Shown piece after piece: positions 1-9,767 of a DNA stretch of 62,934 nucleotides (its first letter is position 1; every line of letters starts with the position of its first letter). The stretch comes from Candidatus Omnitrophota bacterium (lineage in GTDB: Bacteria; Omnitrophota; Gorgyraeia; Zapsychrales; Fredricksoniimonadaceae): positions 1-62,934 of the forward strand of contig JADFZK010000012.1 of assembly GCA_015232565.1 (NCBI GenBank). Direction: 5' to 3'. The position numbers were made by a program, and so were the translations under genes. A model generated the notes under the pieces. That model had not been told where the DNA came from, did not search any database, and saw only the letters and a program-made list of their open reading frames with translations.

Positions 1-261
1 CGCTCTGGCGGAGACGAATTTTGCGTGCTTTTGCCCGAGTGCGGCCGGCAGGAAGCTTACTTGCTGGCTAATGCTTTTGTGGAGTTGATCGCGAAACGCA
101 CTATGGTACTGCGGCGGGAAATAACCAGTATCACGGTGTCGGCCGGAGTGGCCGGCTTTCCGGATGATGCCGGGGCGCGCGACGAGCTTATCCAAAAGGC
201 CGACGCCGCGCTTTATGAAGCCAAAAAGAAAGGCCGTAACCGCGTATGCCTATCGGCGTAA
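1..261 (+). CDS. Diguanylate cyclase, C-terminal part (5' truncated by window edge)
   Basis: Frame 1 reads RSGGDEFCVLLP...SITVSAGVA...ADAALYEAKKKGRNRV: intact GGDEF motif and typical GGDEF C-terminus. Confidence 0.9.
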   Translation, partial: RSGGDEFCVLLPECGRQEAYLLANAFVELIAKRTMVLRREITSITVSAGVAGFPDDAGARDELIQKADAALYEAKKKGRNRVCLSA

Positions 262-1256
262 TGTTCTTTTTGATGGCGGCTTTTGTGGTGGCGGTGATCT
301 ATTTCACCAAGGCCGCGGTACTCCAGCTGGAACAGCAGGTGGATGCGGATGTTTTTAAGGTCAAGGAGTCCTACCTGGGGATCATCCGCCAGAAGGATGA
401 ACAGGCGGCCGAGAAAGAACGCCTGCAGGAAGCCACCCGGCGGATCTATAACCTTTATGACCTGATGCGCGAACTTACCAAAGCCGCCGACGTCGCGGAA
501 GCGTTCGGGATATTCAAGGAGCATTTGCACCGCGAGCTGGTGGTTGAAGATTGCCAGCTGGTGGAACACTCCCCGAAAGACCTCGCGAAATTCCCTTCTT
601 TCAAGGATTACCGTTTCTTCCCGCTGAAAGCCAAGAAAATGGTGCTGGGCGAGCTGGCGTATAAAGGCGGGCAGGTGGATGAGGAAGCGTTCACGATCCT
701 GGCCCAGCAGTTTGCGTTGGCGCTCCGCCGTATCCGTTTGTGCAAGGAGCTGGAAGACATGGCTATTACCGACGGGTTAACGCATTTGCATACCCGGCGT
801 TACCTGATGGAGAGGTTTCAGGAAGAATTCCAGCGGGCCCGGCTCAAGGGGCTGGCTTTGTCGATGTTGATGATCGACGTGGATTTCTTCAAGCGTATCA
901 ATGATCAGAACGGCCATTTGGCGGGAGACCTGGTATTACGGGAAGTGGGCCGTTTTATTACCCAGCATACCCGCGAGATCGATATCACCGGCCGTTACGG
1001 CGGCGAAGAGTTTTGTGTTATTCTGCCCGATACCGATAAAACGGGCGCCCTGGTGGCCGCCGAGCGTATTCGCGCCGCAGTGCAGGCCGGACGGGTCTTG
1101 GCCAATGATGCCGAGCTGTGTGTTACCGTAAGTATCGGGGTAGCTACTTTTGCCGAAGATGCCCAGCAAATGGAAGAATTGCTGGATAAGGCCGATTGGG
1201 CCTTGTATCGCGCCAAAAAGAACGGCCGCAACCGGGTCATGGGGTTTAAAGTTTAG
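246..1256 (+). CDS. Diguanylate cyclase (N-terminal TM, coiled coil, GAF-like region, GGEEF domain)
   Basis: DGLTHL, DVDFFKRINDQNGHLAGD, RYGGEEF with upstream REID (RxxD I-site), ADWALYRAKKNGRNRV. Confidence 0.92.
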   Translation: MPIGVMFFLMAAFVVAVIYFTKAAVLQLEQQVDADVFKVKESYLGIIRQKDEQAAEKERLQEATRRIYNLYDLMRELTKAADVAEAFGIFKEHLHRELVVEDCQLVEHSPKDLAKFPSFKDYRFFPLKAKKMVLGELAYKGGQVDEEAFTILAQQFALALRRIRLCKELEDMAITDGLTHLHTRRYLMERFQEEFQRARLKGLALSMLMIDVDFFKRINDQNGHLAGDLVLREVGRFITQHTREIDITGRYGGEEFCVILPDTDKTGALVAAERIRAAVQAGRVLANDAELCVTVSIGVATFAEDAQQMEELLDKADWALYRAKKNGRNRVMGFKV

Positions 1257-1296
1257 CAAACAGACAGGCTTGATCTAATGAGAATGCGTTCATTTA

Positions 1297-1420
1297 GCGC
1301 GAGTGAGCGAGCGGGTGACGCCGTCGGCGGGTTCCCTATTTTCTAAAATGGGTTAGGGTCCCATTTTAAAAATAGGGTGCCAAAGGCGGCAGGACCCGTG
1401 AGCGAGTGTAGCGCACGAGG
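1297..1420. repeat. Long intergenic palindrome/hairpin
   Basis: CCCTATTTT(C)TAAAATGGG (1334-1352) pairs with CCCATTTTAAAAATAGGG (1360-1377); outer arms CGGGT/ACCCG and GCCGTC/GGCGGC. Confidence 0.75.
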
Positions 1421-1492
1421 AGTATTGCAAAGTTCTGGCAGGCTCCTGGTTAGCCGGGGCGTTTTTCGCATTGCCAGATAATTACAAAAAAA

Positions 1493-1521
1493 TTGAACAT
1501 CGAATATGTTTCGTGTAGAAT
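1493..1521 (+). promoter_or_regulatory. Candidate sigma70 promoter for glk-lptD-ugd operon
   Basis: TTGAAC-17nt-TAGAAT, 45 nt upstream of the ROK gene ATG. Confidence 0.5.
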
Positions 1522-1566
1522 ACACGCCTCTTAAGGTTTTTTTATTTAACACATAACCCGTTTACT

Positions 1567-2496
1567 ATGAAACACTTTGTTGTCGGCGTTGATATTGGTG
1601 GTACCAACGTTAAGCTGGGTATTGTTGATCCTTCCGGGAAGATGGTTGCCCGCTCTGCTTTCTCTACCAAAGACTTTATCCGTTCTCCCAGGGCTTTGAT
1701 CGATGCTGTTTGCGCGAATGTGCTGGCTTTGCTGGCCCAGGAAGGCATTGCAAAGGCTCGGGTGGCGGGGGTGGGAATTGGTTTGCCGGGCCTGGTGGAT
1801 GTTAAAAAAGGCGTGGTGCGGATCTTGCCTAATATCCCCGGCTGGTCGGAGGTGCCGCTTAAACGGGTGCTGGAGAAAAAGCTCGGATTGGCGGTTCAGC
1901 TTGAGAACGACGTGAATATGATCACGCTCGGCGAATGGGTTTACGGCGCCGGTAAAGGTATGAATGATCTGATCTGCATGACCCTGGGCACCGGGGTAGG
2001 CGCCGGTTTGATCCTGGATGGCCGGATCTATCGCGGCCCGGGGTTTGCGGCCGGCGAGATAGGGCATGTGCCGATGACTGAAGATAGAAGTGCCATATGC
2101 GGGTGCGGCAGTTGGGGTTGTTTTGAGCGTTATGTGGGCAACCAGAGCTTGCAGGAAGAGGCAGCCCGGTTGTTTGATCGGGCGAATATTTCGCTGGAAG
2201 AGGTTTCCAGTAAAGCAGTTAAGGGCGAGAAAAAAGCGCTTGGTTTCTGGGCCGCGGTGGGAGAAAAAGTGGCTTTGGGATTGATCGGGCCAATAAATAT
2301 TTTAAATCCCCGTTGTGTGATAATAGGCGGCGGGGTGGCGCGCAGTTTTGCTTTGATGAAGCCGGCAATAGAAAAAGTAATTAAAAGTCGTTGTATGAAG
2401 ACCCAGGCAGAAATGGTGCGGTTCGTCAAGGCCCGTCTCGACGATTCTGCCGGGATAATCGGTGCAGAGGTACTTATCCGTCATGAAAAACGCTAA
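1567..2496 (+). CDS. glk: ROK family sugar kinase (glucokinase)
   Basis: GVDIGGTNVK, ENDVN, LGTGVGAG, GEIGH, zinc motif CGCGSWGCFE. Confidence 0.9.
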   Translation: MKHFVVGVDIGGTNVKLGIVDPSGKMVARSAFSTKDFIRSPRALIDAVCANVLALLAQEGIAKARVAGVGIGLPGLVDVKKGVVRILPNIPGWSEVPLKRVLEKKLGLAVQLENDVNMITLGEWVYGAGKGMNDLICMTLGTGVGAGLILDGRIYRGPGFAAGEIGHVPMTEDRSAICGCGSWGCFERYVGNQSLQEEAARLFDRANISLEEVSSKAVKGEKKALGFWAAVGEKVALGLIGPINILNPRCVIIGGGVARSFALMKPAIEKVIKSRCMKTQAEMVRFVKARLDDSAGIIGAEVLIRHEKR

Positions 2497-4753
2497 GCTG
2501 TTATTAAATTTCGTGTTGATTCTGGCTGCCGCGGCTTTGCTGGCGTGCGGCATGACGGCGTTGGCCAATGCGGAAGTGGCGGCCAAGGCCGTGGCGGAAA
2601 AGACCGTGGGCGGCAAGCCGGCTGGTAATTCGGCCAGCAAGAATTCCACTGGCGTTAAAGCGGCCGGCGCCGAACAGACTGCTGCGGTCGGGGCGCCGTC
2701 GGAAAGCGTTACGCAACAGCCGGTGGAGCTTAACGGCGATAATGTGGAATATAAAGCCGATGAAGGCAAATTTGTGGCTTCCGGTAATGTAGTGGTGCAT
2801 CAGCAGGACGGGGCCACTCTTTATTGCGACCGGATCGAATTCTACCGCGACCGTCAGGAAGGCCGCGCCGACGGCAATGTGGTGCTGGATTCCGACAAGG
2901 GTTCGGTGTGGGCCGAGAAAGCTTTTTACAATTTCAAGACCAAAAAAGGCGAGTTCACCAACGCGCGGATCATGAGCCATCCGGTTTTTGCCCGGGGCGC
3001 TACGATCTCCAAGATCCGCGACAATTACTATGTGATGTCCAACGGTTATTTTACCACCAGCGATTACGATGATCCTGAATGGCGCGTGAAGAGTCGGCAT
3101 ATTGAGGTTTTTCTGGGCGACAAGGCTATAGCGCGGAATTCCACAATGTACCTGGGCGGTGTACCGGTGATGTACATGCCGAAATATGTGCAGGACCTGC
3201 GTAAGAATCGGCCGCATTTCAGTGTGATACCCGGTTACAGCAAGGCCTGGGGCGGCTTCCTGCTGACTAAATATCGGGTTTATCCGGCGGAGGGCGTGGA
3301 GACGGTTTATCATCTGGATTACCGCGAGCGTAAGGGCTGGGGTTACGGCCTGGACGTGGCTCTCACTACTTTGCCGGTAGGGGAAACTCTGGTAAAGAGT
3401 TATTTTCTTAACGAACGGACGATAGGCGCCAAACATATGTGGCAGCCCAAGACCCAGCCCACGCTTTTACGCGAGCGCTATCGCGCCGAGTGGCGGCACA
3501 AGTGGGATATTAATCCTCAAACCAACCTGATACTTCAGTATTATAAATTAAGCGACAGCACTATCCTGAAAGATTACTTTGAGCGGCAGTACCTCGCTGA
3601 ATCCGGGCCGGCTACTTATGGCTTGTTGTCGCATTCCACGGGCACCTCCACAGTTATGTTGAGGATGGACAAGCGCGTTAATCGTTTTGAATCCGCGGTG
3701 GAGCGTTTGCCGGAAGTTTCCTATTCCTGGAACAATCAGCCGATAGGCGATACCGGCTTCTATTTCAAGAGCACGGATGCGGTGGTTCAGCTGGAGCATC
3801 GTATCCCGGGCCCGACCGACCGCGACCATCAGACCGTGCGTTTGGTCTCGGGTAATGAAGTGTCGCGGCCGTTCAAGTTCGGCATTTTGGAATTGCGCCC
3901 TTATACCGGGGCCGAGCATACTTATTACACGCGTACCCTGGACGAACGGAACAATGGCAGTGTGCGCGGGGTCTGGAAGGCGGGGTCCGACCTGAGCACC
4001 AAGTTCTACCGTGTTTACAATGTGCAATTCAACCGGTTCGGTATCGAGGTTAATAAATTACGCCATGTGCTTACGCCCACGGTGGCGTATCAATACCAGC
4101 ATATGCCTACTTTGCCCTCGGAGAAACTGTATCAGTTTGACAGCGTGGATTCGCGCGCCATTGTTAACCGGTTCGCCCTGGGCCTGGAGAGCAAGTTCCA
4201 GACCAAGCGCGAGGGGAAAAGTGTAGACCTTATTCGTTCGCTGTTATCCAGTAATTTTCGTATGCGGGACGATCCCTCCGGCGCCAGTTTCGGCGATGTG
4301 GTGCTGGATAATGAGTTTTACGTCAACAAGTACGTCAAGACTTCGCATGATATAACGTATAACCCTGATACCCAGCGCTTGACTTCGGCCAATATGGAGC
4401 TTAACCTTACCGATACCAATCGCTGGATCTTCGACGTCAGCCGTCGTTATGTGCTGAATTCCGACGATATCGTGACCACCCAGTTGCAGTACAAGTTAAA
4501 TCCGAAATGGCGCACGGTGCTTTATGACCGCTGGAACGCTGACAACGGGCTTCTACAGGAACAGCAGTATTCCCTGGTGCGCGACCTGCATTCCTGGGAG
4601 GTCGAGTTCTCTTATAAAACCTTGAGAGGTTATACCAATTCCGGTTCCGAGGTGTGGGTGATCTTCACGCTCAAGGCTTTCCCGTCGGTAGCTTTTGATG
4701 GCGGTAAAGGTTTTCAGCAAAGAAAAGCCGGGTCGCAGACGCCCGAACTTTAA
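2483..4753 (+). CDS. lptD: LPS-assembly protein LptD (OstA-like N-domain + beta-barrel)
   Basis: Signal peptide; beta-jellyroll-like N-part (GNVV..QQDGATLYCDRIEFY, FTTSDYDDPEWRVKSRHI); long amphipathic beta-strand C-part (YSLVRDLHSWEV). Start placed at ATG 2483. Confidence 0.8.
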   Translation: MKNAKLLLNFVLILAAAALLACGMTALANAEVAAKAVAEKTVGGKPAGNSASKNSTGVKAAGAEQTAAVGAPSESVTQQPVELNGDNVEYKADEGKFVASGNVVVHQQDGATLYCDRIEFYRDRQEGRADGNVVLDSDKGSVWAEKAFYNFKTKKGEFTNARIMSHPVFARGATISKIRDNYYVMSNGYFTTSDYDDPEWRVKSRHIEVFLGDKAIARNSTMYLGGVPVMYMPKYVQDLRKNRPHFSVIPGYSKAWGGFLLTKYRVYPAEGVETVYHLDYRERKGWGYGLDVALTTLPVGETLVKSYFLNERTIGAKHMWQPKTQPTLLRERYRAEWRHKWDINPQTNLILQYYKLSDSTILKDYFERQYLAESGPATYGLLSHSTGTSTVMLRMDKRVNRFESAVERLPEVSYSWNNQPIGDTGFYFKSTDAVVQLEHRIPGPTDRDHQTVRLVSGNEVSRPFKFGILELRPYTGAEHTYYTRTLDERNNGSVRGVWKAGSDLSTKFYRVYNVQFNRFGIEVNKLRHVLTPTVAYQYQHMPTLPSEKLYQFDSVDSRAIVNRFALGLESKFQTKREGKSVDLIRSLLSSNFRMRDDPSGASFGDVVLDNEFYVNKYVKTSHDITYNPDTQRLTSANMELNLTDTNRWIFDVSRRYVLNSDDIVTTQLQYKLNPKWRTVLYDRWNADNGLLQEQQYSLVRDLHSWEVEFSYKTLRGYTNSGSEVWVIFTLKAFPSVAFDGGKGFQQRKAGSQTPEL

Positions 4754-4766
4754 AACAAAGGATAAT

Positions 4767-6092
4767 ATGGATATAGCGATAGTCGGTTCGGGATATGTTG
4801 GCCTGGTCACGGGAGTTTGCCTGGCGCATATCGGGCACAATGTGGTCTGTTGCGATAATAACAAGGAGAAGATCAAGGTTCTGCTGGCCGGCGGTATGCC
4901 GATCTACGAGCCGGGGCTGGATGCGTTACTGTTGAAATACCGGAAAGCGGGACGCATTACCTTTACCAGCTCCATAGCCGAAGCCGCGCAGAAAGCGACG
5001 GTCATTTTTATCGCCGTGGGGACGCCTTCCAAAAAGAACGGCGATGCCGACCTTACCTATATAGAGAACGTGGCCCGCGAAGTGGCGCAGAACATGGATT
5101 CCTACAAACTTCTGGTCGAGAAGTCCACGGTGCCGGCCATGACGGGGGACCGCATTGCCCGCACTATCCGCCTGAACCTGCCGGCGAAATACAAGCCGGG
5201 CAGTAAGAACGCGCTGGAGTTCGATGTGGCCTCCAATCCCGAATTCTTGCGGGAAGGTTCGGCGGTGGAGGATTTTATGGACCCCGACCGTATTGTTATC
5301 GGGGTCGAATCCAAGCGTGCCGAACAGCTTTTGCGCGAGATCTACAAACCGCTTAAAGCTACTATAGTGGTGACCAATCTGGCCACTGCCGAGATGATCA
5401 AGCATGCGTCCAATTCGTTTCTGGCCACTAAGATATCCTTTATTAATTCGGTCTCCCAGATCTGCGAGCGGGTTGGGGCGGATGTGGAAAAGGTTGCCGA
5501 AGGCATGGGTTACGACAAGCGTATCGGCCGGGCTTTTCTGAACGCCGGCATTGGTTACGGCGGCAGTTGTTTTCCCAAGGACGTGGACGCTTTTGTGCGC
5601 CTGGCCGAGAAAAGCGGGTATGATTTCAAGATCCTCAAGAGTGTCCGCGAGGTCAATGAAGACCAGAAGTCCTGGTTCACCCGGCACATTGAGGACAAAC
5701 TGTGGATAGTCAAGGACAAGGTTATTGCGGTCTGGGGCCTGGCTTTTAAGCCGGATACCGACGATATGCGCAGTGCCGCGGCGCTAACGATCATTGAGGC
5801 TTTGCAGGACGAGGGTGCCCGCATCCAGGTTTACGATCCCCAGGCCATGCCCAACGCTAAGAAGCTGTTGAAGGGCGTCAAGTTCTGTGCCGATCCGTAT
5901 GCTGCGGCCAAGGGCGCGGATTGCCTTTTGTTGATCACTGAATGGGCGGAGTTTAAAAAGGCGGATTTTGCTAAAACCCGCGATCTTATGCGCCAGGCGG
6001 TAGTTTTTGATGGACGGAATTTTCTGGATGCCAAACGCTTGAGGGAGTTGGGTTATGAATATCACGGTATCGGGCGGGGCGGAAATGCGTAA
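4767..6092 (+). CDS. ugd: UDP-glucose 6-dehydrogenase
   Basis: IAIVGSGYVG, EKSTVP, SNPEFLREGSA, GYGGSCFPKD, WGLAFKPDTDDMR; start at ATG 4767. Confidence 0.92.
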   Translation: MDIAIVGSGYVGLVTGVCLAHIGHNVVCCDNNKEKIKVLLAGGMPIYEPGLDALLLKYRKAGRITFTSSIAEAAQKATVIFIAVGTPSKKNGDADLTYIENVAREVAQNMDSYKLLVEKSTVPAMTGDRIARTIRLNLPAKYKPGSKNALEFDVASNPEFLREGSAVEDFMDPDRIVIGVESKRAEQLLREIYKPLKATIVVTNLATAEMIKHASNSFLATKISFINSVSQICERVGADVEKVAEGMGYDKRIGRAFLNAGIGYGGSCFPKDVDAFVRLAEKSGYDFKILKSVREVNEDQKSWFTRHIEDKLWIVKDKVIAVWGLAFKPDTDDMRSAAALTIIEALQDEGARIQVYDPQAMPNAKKLLKGVKFCADPYAAAKGADCLLLITEWAEFKKADFAKTRDLMRQAVVFDGRNFLDAKRLRELGYEYHGIGRGGNA

Positions 6093-7386
6093 AAGCCTGC
6101 TGGCCGGGATCCGTTCACGTAAAGCGCGTATAGCCGTAATTGGCCTGGGTTATGTGGGCCTGCCGCTGGCTTTGGGGTTTGCCGCCCGGGGTTTTAAAAC
6201 TTACGGGATCGACACTAATCCGGTGCGTGTTAAAAAGTTGCTGGACGGCGAAAGCTTTATCACTGATGTTACGGATGCGGCAATAGCCGGGCCGGTCAAG
6301 AAGGGCTTGTTCGTGCCGTCTTTGGACGAGGCTCTTATTGGCGCTTGTCAGGTGGCGATCATTTGTGTGCCGACTCCTATTAAACGCCGGTATACTCCGG
6401 ATATCTCCTTTATAATCTCTGCAGTGCGGGCGGTGACCCGTAATCTGGCCAAAGGTACCCTGGTGGTACTGGAAAGCACTACTTATCCGGGCACTACCGA
6501 GGAGCTTATTTTGCCCGAACTGGAAAAGAGCGGGCTGAAAGCAGGCAAGGATTTCTTTCTGGCTTTCTCGCCGGAACGTGTTGATCCGGGTAATGCCAGC
6601 CATAGCGTTACGCAGATCCCCAAGGTGGTGGGCGGCCTGACCCCGGCGTGTAATGAGGTGACGGCGGCGCTTTACGGGAGCATTATCAAGCAGATCCATT
6701 TGGTTTCTTCCCCGCGAGCGGCCGAGATGACCAAACTGCTGGAGAACACTTTCCGGCTGATCAATATCGGCTGGGTTAATGAAGCGGCCATGATGTGCCA
6801 GGCCTTCAAGATCGATGTATGGGAGGCTATTGATGCGGCCGGCACCAAGCCGTTCGGCTTTATGCCTTTTTATCCCGGGCTGGGCGTGGGCGGGCATTGT
6901 ATCCCTGAGGACCCGATCTATCTGTACTGGAAAGCCAAACAGCATGGTTATGCTTCGCGGTTCATCAAGCTGTCGGCTGATATCAATTCGGCCATGCCGG
7001 GGTATGCGGCGGAGCGTATTGGCGCTATCCTCAAGAAGCGCGGAAAAAAGTTGTCCGGCGCGCGGGTACTGGTGCTGGGCGTAACATATAAGAAAGACGT
7101 CAAAGACCTGCGCAAATCGCCATCGGTCAAGCTTATCGAGGTTCTGCGCCGGCAGGGGGCTGAGGTTTCTTTTTATGATCCGTTGATACCGTTTTTGAAT
7201 ATCGACGGGTTACAGATGGAGGGTGCGGCGTTTAGTCCCAGGATATTGGCCGCGCAGGATTGTGTGGCAGTGGCGGTGGATCACTCAAAAGTGGACTACG
7301 CTCTGGTGTTAAAACACGCCCGGGCGGTCTTCGATATAAGGAATGTGTACCGCGGTAAAGTTTCGCCCAAGATCACCAGGCTGTAG
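6085..7386 (+). CDS. Nucleotide-sugar dehydrogenase (WbpA/TviB/WecC-type UDP-GlcNAc/ManNAc 6-dehydrogenase)
   Basis: IGLGYVGLPLA, ESTTYPGTTEE, FSPERVDPGN, KLLENTFR, GVGGHCIP, GVTYKKDVKDLR. Confidence 0.9.
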   Translation: MRKSLLAGIRSRKARIAVIGLGYVGLPLALGFAARGFKTYGIDTNPVRVKKLLDGESFITDVTDAAIAGPVKKGLFVPSLDEALIGACQVAIICVPTPIKRRYTPDISFIISAVRAVTRNLAKGTLVVLESTTYPGTTEELILPELEKSGLKAGKDFFLAFSPERVDPGNASHSVTQIPKVVGGLTPACNEVTAALYGSIIKQIHLVSSPRAAEMTKLLENTFRLINIGWVNEAAMMCQAFKIDVWEAIDAAGTKPFGFMPFYPGLGVGGHCIPEDPIYLYWKAKQHGYASRFIKLSADINSAMPGYAAERIGAILKKRGKKLSGARVLVLGVTYKKDVKDLRKSPSVKLIEVLRRQGAEVSFYDPLIPFLNIDGLQMEGAAFSPRILAAQDCVAVAVDHSKVDYALVLKHARAVFDIRNVYRGKVSPKITRL

Positions 7387-7543
7387 TGTGGTGATTTGAA
7401 TATTTTTTTACATTTGAATCACCACACTGGAGCAATGGAGCAATCGAAAATGGAGAAATAATAAAACATTTGGCTCCATTGCGGTCTATTTTCGATTTTC
7501 TATTGCTCTGCAAATGTAAGGAAGCGTTAGACGCACCATACTG
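7384..7543. mobile_element. 160-bp MITE-like element, copy 1
   Basis: Reverse complement matches 61894-62053 over its full 160 bp; ~10-bp imperfect TIRs (TAGTGTGGTG ... CACCATACTG); internal 12-bp IR AGTGTGGTGATT/AATCACCACACT with 20-nt spacer. Confidence 0.75.
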
Positions 7544-7619
7544 GCGGGGTGATTTATCAGGCTCACCATATTAGTGTTGAGCATTTTTTGCAGAATGTGT
7601 TTATATAAAGGGATATAAA

Positions 7620-8570
7620 ATGAGCGTGAAGAAAGTGGTCTTGATCTCCGGCGGTGCCGGGTTTTTGGGCAGTCATATTTGCGACCAGCTGATAGCCGGC
7701 GGTTACCGGGTGGTCTGCCTGGATAATTTTCTAACCGGCAAGAAGGCGAATATCGCGCACTTGCTGAAGAATAAGGATTTTGCATTCATTAAACAGGATG
7801 TGTCGGTGCCGTTCAAGGTGGCCGGCAAGGTCCATTATGTGATGCACTGTGCTTCTCCGGCCAGTCCGGTGGATTACTACAAGTATCCTGTTGAGACCAT
7901 GCTGGTGGGCTCGGCCGGGACTTACAACATGTTGGAGTTGGCCCGGGCCCGGAAAGCGGTCTTTCTGCTTACCTCCACCTCGGAAGTGTACGGCGATCCA
8001 AAGGTTCATCCGCAGACGGAAGATTATTGGGGCAATGTTAACCCTATCGGTCCGCGCAGTGTTTACGACGAAGCCAAGCGCTACGCCGAGGCTTTGACCT
8101 TTGCCTATCGCCGCACTTTTAAGGTGGATACGCGCGTGGTGCGTATCTTTAACACGTATGGGCCGCGGATGAATATTAACGACGGGCGGGTAGTGCCCAA
8201 TTTTATTTATCAGGCTTTAAAAGGTTTGCCCATTACAATTTATGGCGACGGTAAACAAACCCGTTCTTTCTGTTATGTTTCTGATGAGGCCGCTGGCATC
8301 CTTAAATTGTTGTTCTCCACGGAGCCGGGGCCGGTGAATATTGGTAATCCGCGTGAGTTCAATATGATCGAATTCGCCAAAATAGTGCTGGAATTGACCG
8401 GCGGCAAAAGCCGGCTGGTTTATGAGCCTCTGCCGGAAGACGACCCCAAACAGCGCAAGCCGAATATTGCACTGGCGCGTGCCAAACTGGGTTGGGAACC
8501 GAAAGTGGAACTGCGCGAGGGGCTGGCGAAGACCATTGCCTGGTTCAGGGACAACATTGGCAAGGATTAA
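7620..8570 (+). CDS. UDP-glucuronate decarboxylase (UDP-xylose synthase)-like SDR
   Basis: [54 protein letters not shown]. Confidence 0.88.
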   Translation: MSVKKVVLISGGAGFLGSHICDQLIAGGYRVVCLDNFLTGKKANIAHLLKNKDFAFIKQDVSVPFKVAGKVHYVMHCASPASPVDYYKYPVETMLVGSAGTYNMLELARARKAVFLLTSTSEVYGDPKVHPQTEDYWGNVNPIGPRSVYDEAKRYAEALTFAYRRTFKVDTRVVRIFNTYGPRMNINDGRVVPNFIYQALKGLPITIYGDGKQTRSFCYVSDEAAGILKLLFSTEPGPVNIGNPREFNMIEFAKIVLELTGGKSRLVYEPLPEDDPKQRKPNIALARAKLGWEPKVELREGLAKTIAWFRDNIGKD

Positions 8571-8581
8571 TAAGGGGCGGC

Positions 8582-9199
8582 ATGGTTAACTATACTAAAG
8601 AAGAATTGACGGCTTTTGAGAATGAGATCGCCGGGATATTTGCCCAGGGGCTTATAAAAGCGCCGGTCCATTTGCGCGCCGGGCGTGAGGAAGATCTTAT
8701 ACGTATTTTTAGCAAATATGCTATTGGCCCCGAGGATTATGTTTTCGGGTTCTGGGATTCGCATGAACTGTGCCTGCTGAAAGGCGTACCGCGCGAGCAG
8801 GTAAAACAGGAAATAGTCGAGGGGCGCAGTATTGCCTTGTGTTTTCCGGAGCATAAAGTTTTTTGCAGTGGTATCGTGGGCAGTTTAATGGGCACGGCTA
8901 CCGGAGCGGCCTGGGCGCTGAAGAAAAAAGGCTCCAAAGGCCGGGCGTTTCTTTTTTGCGGCGATATGTCCTCGGAAACCGGCATTTTTCACGAAGCGGT
9001 CAAGTACGCGGTTAATTTCGACCTGCCGGCGGTGTTCGTGGTGAGCGATAATGGCCTGAGCGTGATGACCGATACCCGGGCGGCCTGGGGTTCGTCCGAG
9101 CCGTGGTTCAAGGGTACGCGCTTTGAAAGCAAGATTGAATATTTTCGCTACAAGAACGCCTGGCCGCATTCCGGTCTGGGCAAGTTGATAAAATTCTAA
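8582..9199 (+). CDS. Short TPP-dependent dehydrogenase E1 alpha-like subunit
   Basis: PVHL, SGIVG, TPP-binding-like GDMSSETG...VVSDNG; only ~205 aa; start at ATG 8582 with GGGG RBS. Confidence 0.75.
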   Translation: MVNYTKEELTAFENEIAGIFAQGLIKAPVHLRAGREEDLIRIFSKYAIGPEDYVFGFWDSHELCLLKGVPREQVKQEIVEGRSIALCFPEHKVFCSGIVGSLMGTATGAAWALKKKGSKGRAFLFCGDMSSETGIFHEAVKYAVNFDLPAVFVVSDNGLSVMTDTRAAWGSSEPWFKGTRFESKIEYFRYKNAWPHSGLGKLIKF

Positions 9200-9217
9200 T
9201 TCCACACCGAGGTCAAT

Positions 9218-9754
9218 GTGAAATATTTTGATGAATTAAAACGCACCATGGAATGGCTGGCCCAAAAGCCGGACACTTTGTTCGTCGGGCAGACGGCCGG
9301 GGTGCCGGGCACTTTCATGTTCCAGACCCTGCGGGATGTGCCGCCGGAGAAAGCCCTGGAGTTCCCGGTGAATGAAAGTTTTCAGATGCAATTCTCTTTG
9401 GGGCTGGCGCTGGAAGGTTATGTGCCGATCTCGGTATATCCCCGGCAGAACTTCCTTCTGCTGGCGCTGGGCGATATGTCGAACATGATCGACAAGCTCA
9501 ATGCCATGAGCGGCGGGACGGTCAAGCCGCGGATCATTATCCGGGCGGCTACCGGACCGTACAAGCCGGTGCATCCCGGGCATCAGCATATCGGGAACTT
9601 TGCCGACGGTTTTCGCCGGATCTTCGACTGGATCGAGGTCGTGGAGGTTAATGAGCCCGGGGAGATATTCCCGGCTTATCAGAAAGCTTACGAGCGCCCT
9701 GATCGCCGCCCGACCTTGTTGATCGAGGACGGTAACTTTTATAACGAGAAATAA
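9218..9754 (+). CDS. Short E1 beta/transketolase pyrimidine-binding domain protein
   Basis: LFVGQ, LEFPVNESFQMQFSLGLALEG, HPGHQH; lacks the usual C-terminal domain (178 aa). Confidence 0.75.
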   Translation: MKYFDELKRTMEWLAQKPDTLFVGQTAGVPGTFMFQTLRDVPPEKALEFPVNESFQMQFSLGLALEGYVPISVYPRQNFLLLALGDMSNMIDKLNAMSGGTVKPRIIIRAATGPYKPVHPGHQHIGNFADGFRRIFDWIEVVEVNEPGEIFPAYQKAYERPDRRPTLLIEDGNFYNEK

Positions 9755-9767
9755 CCTGGAAGTGGTC

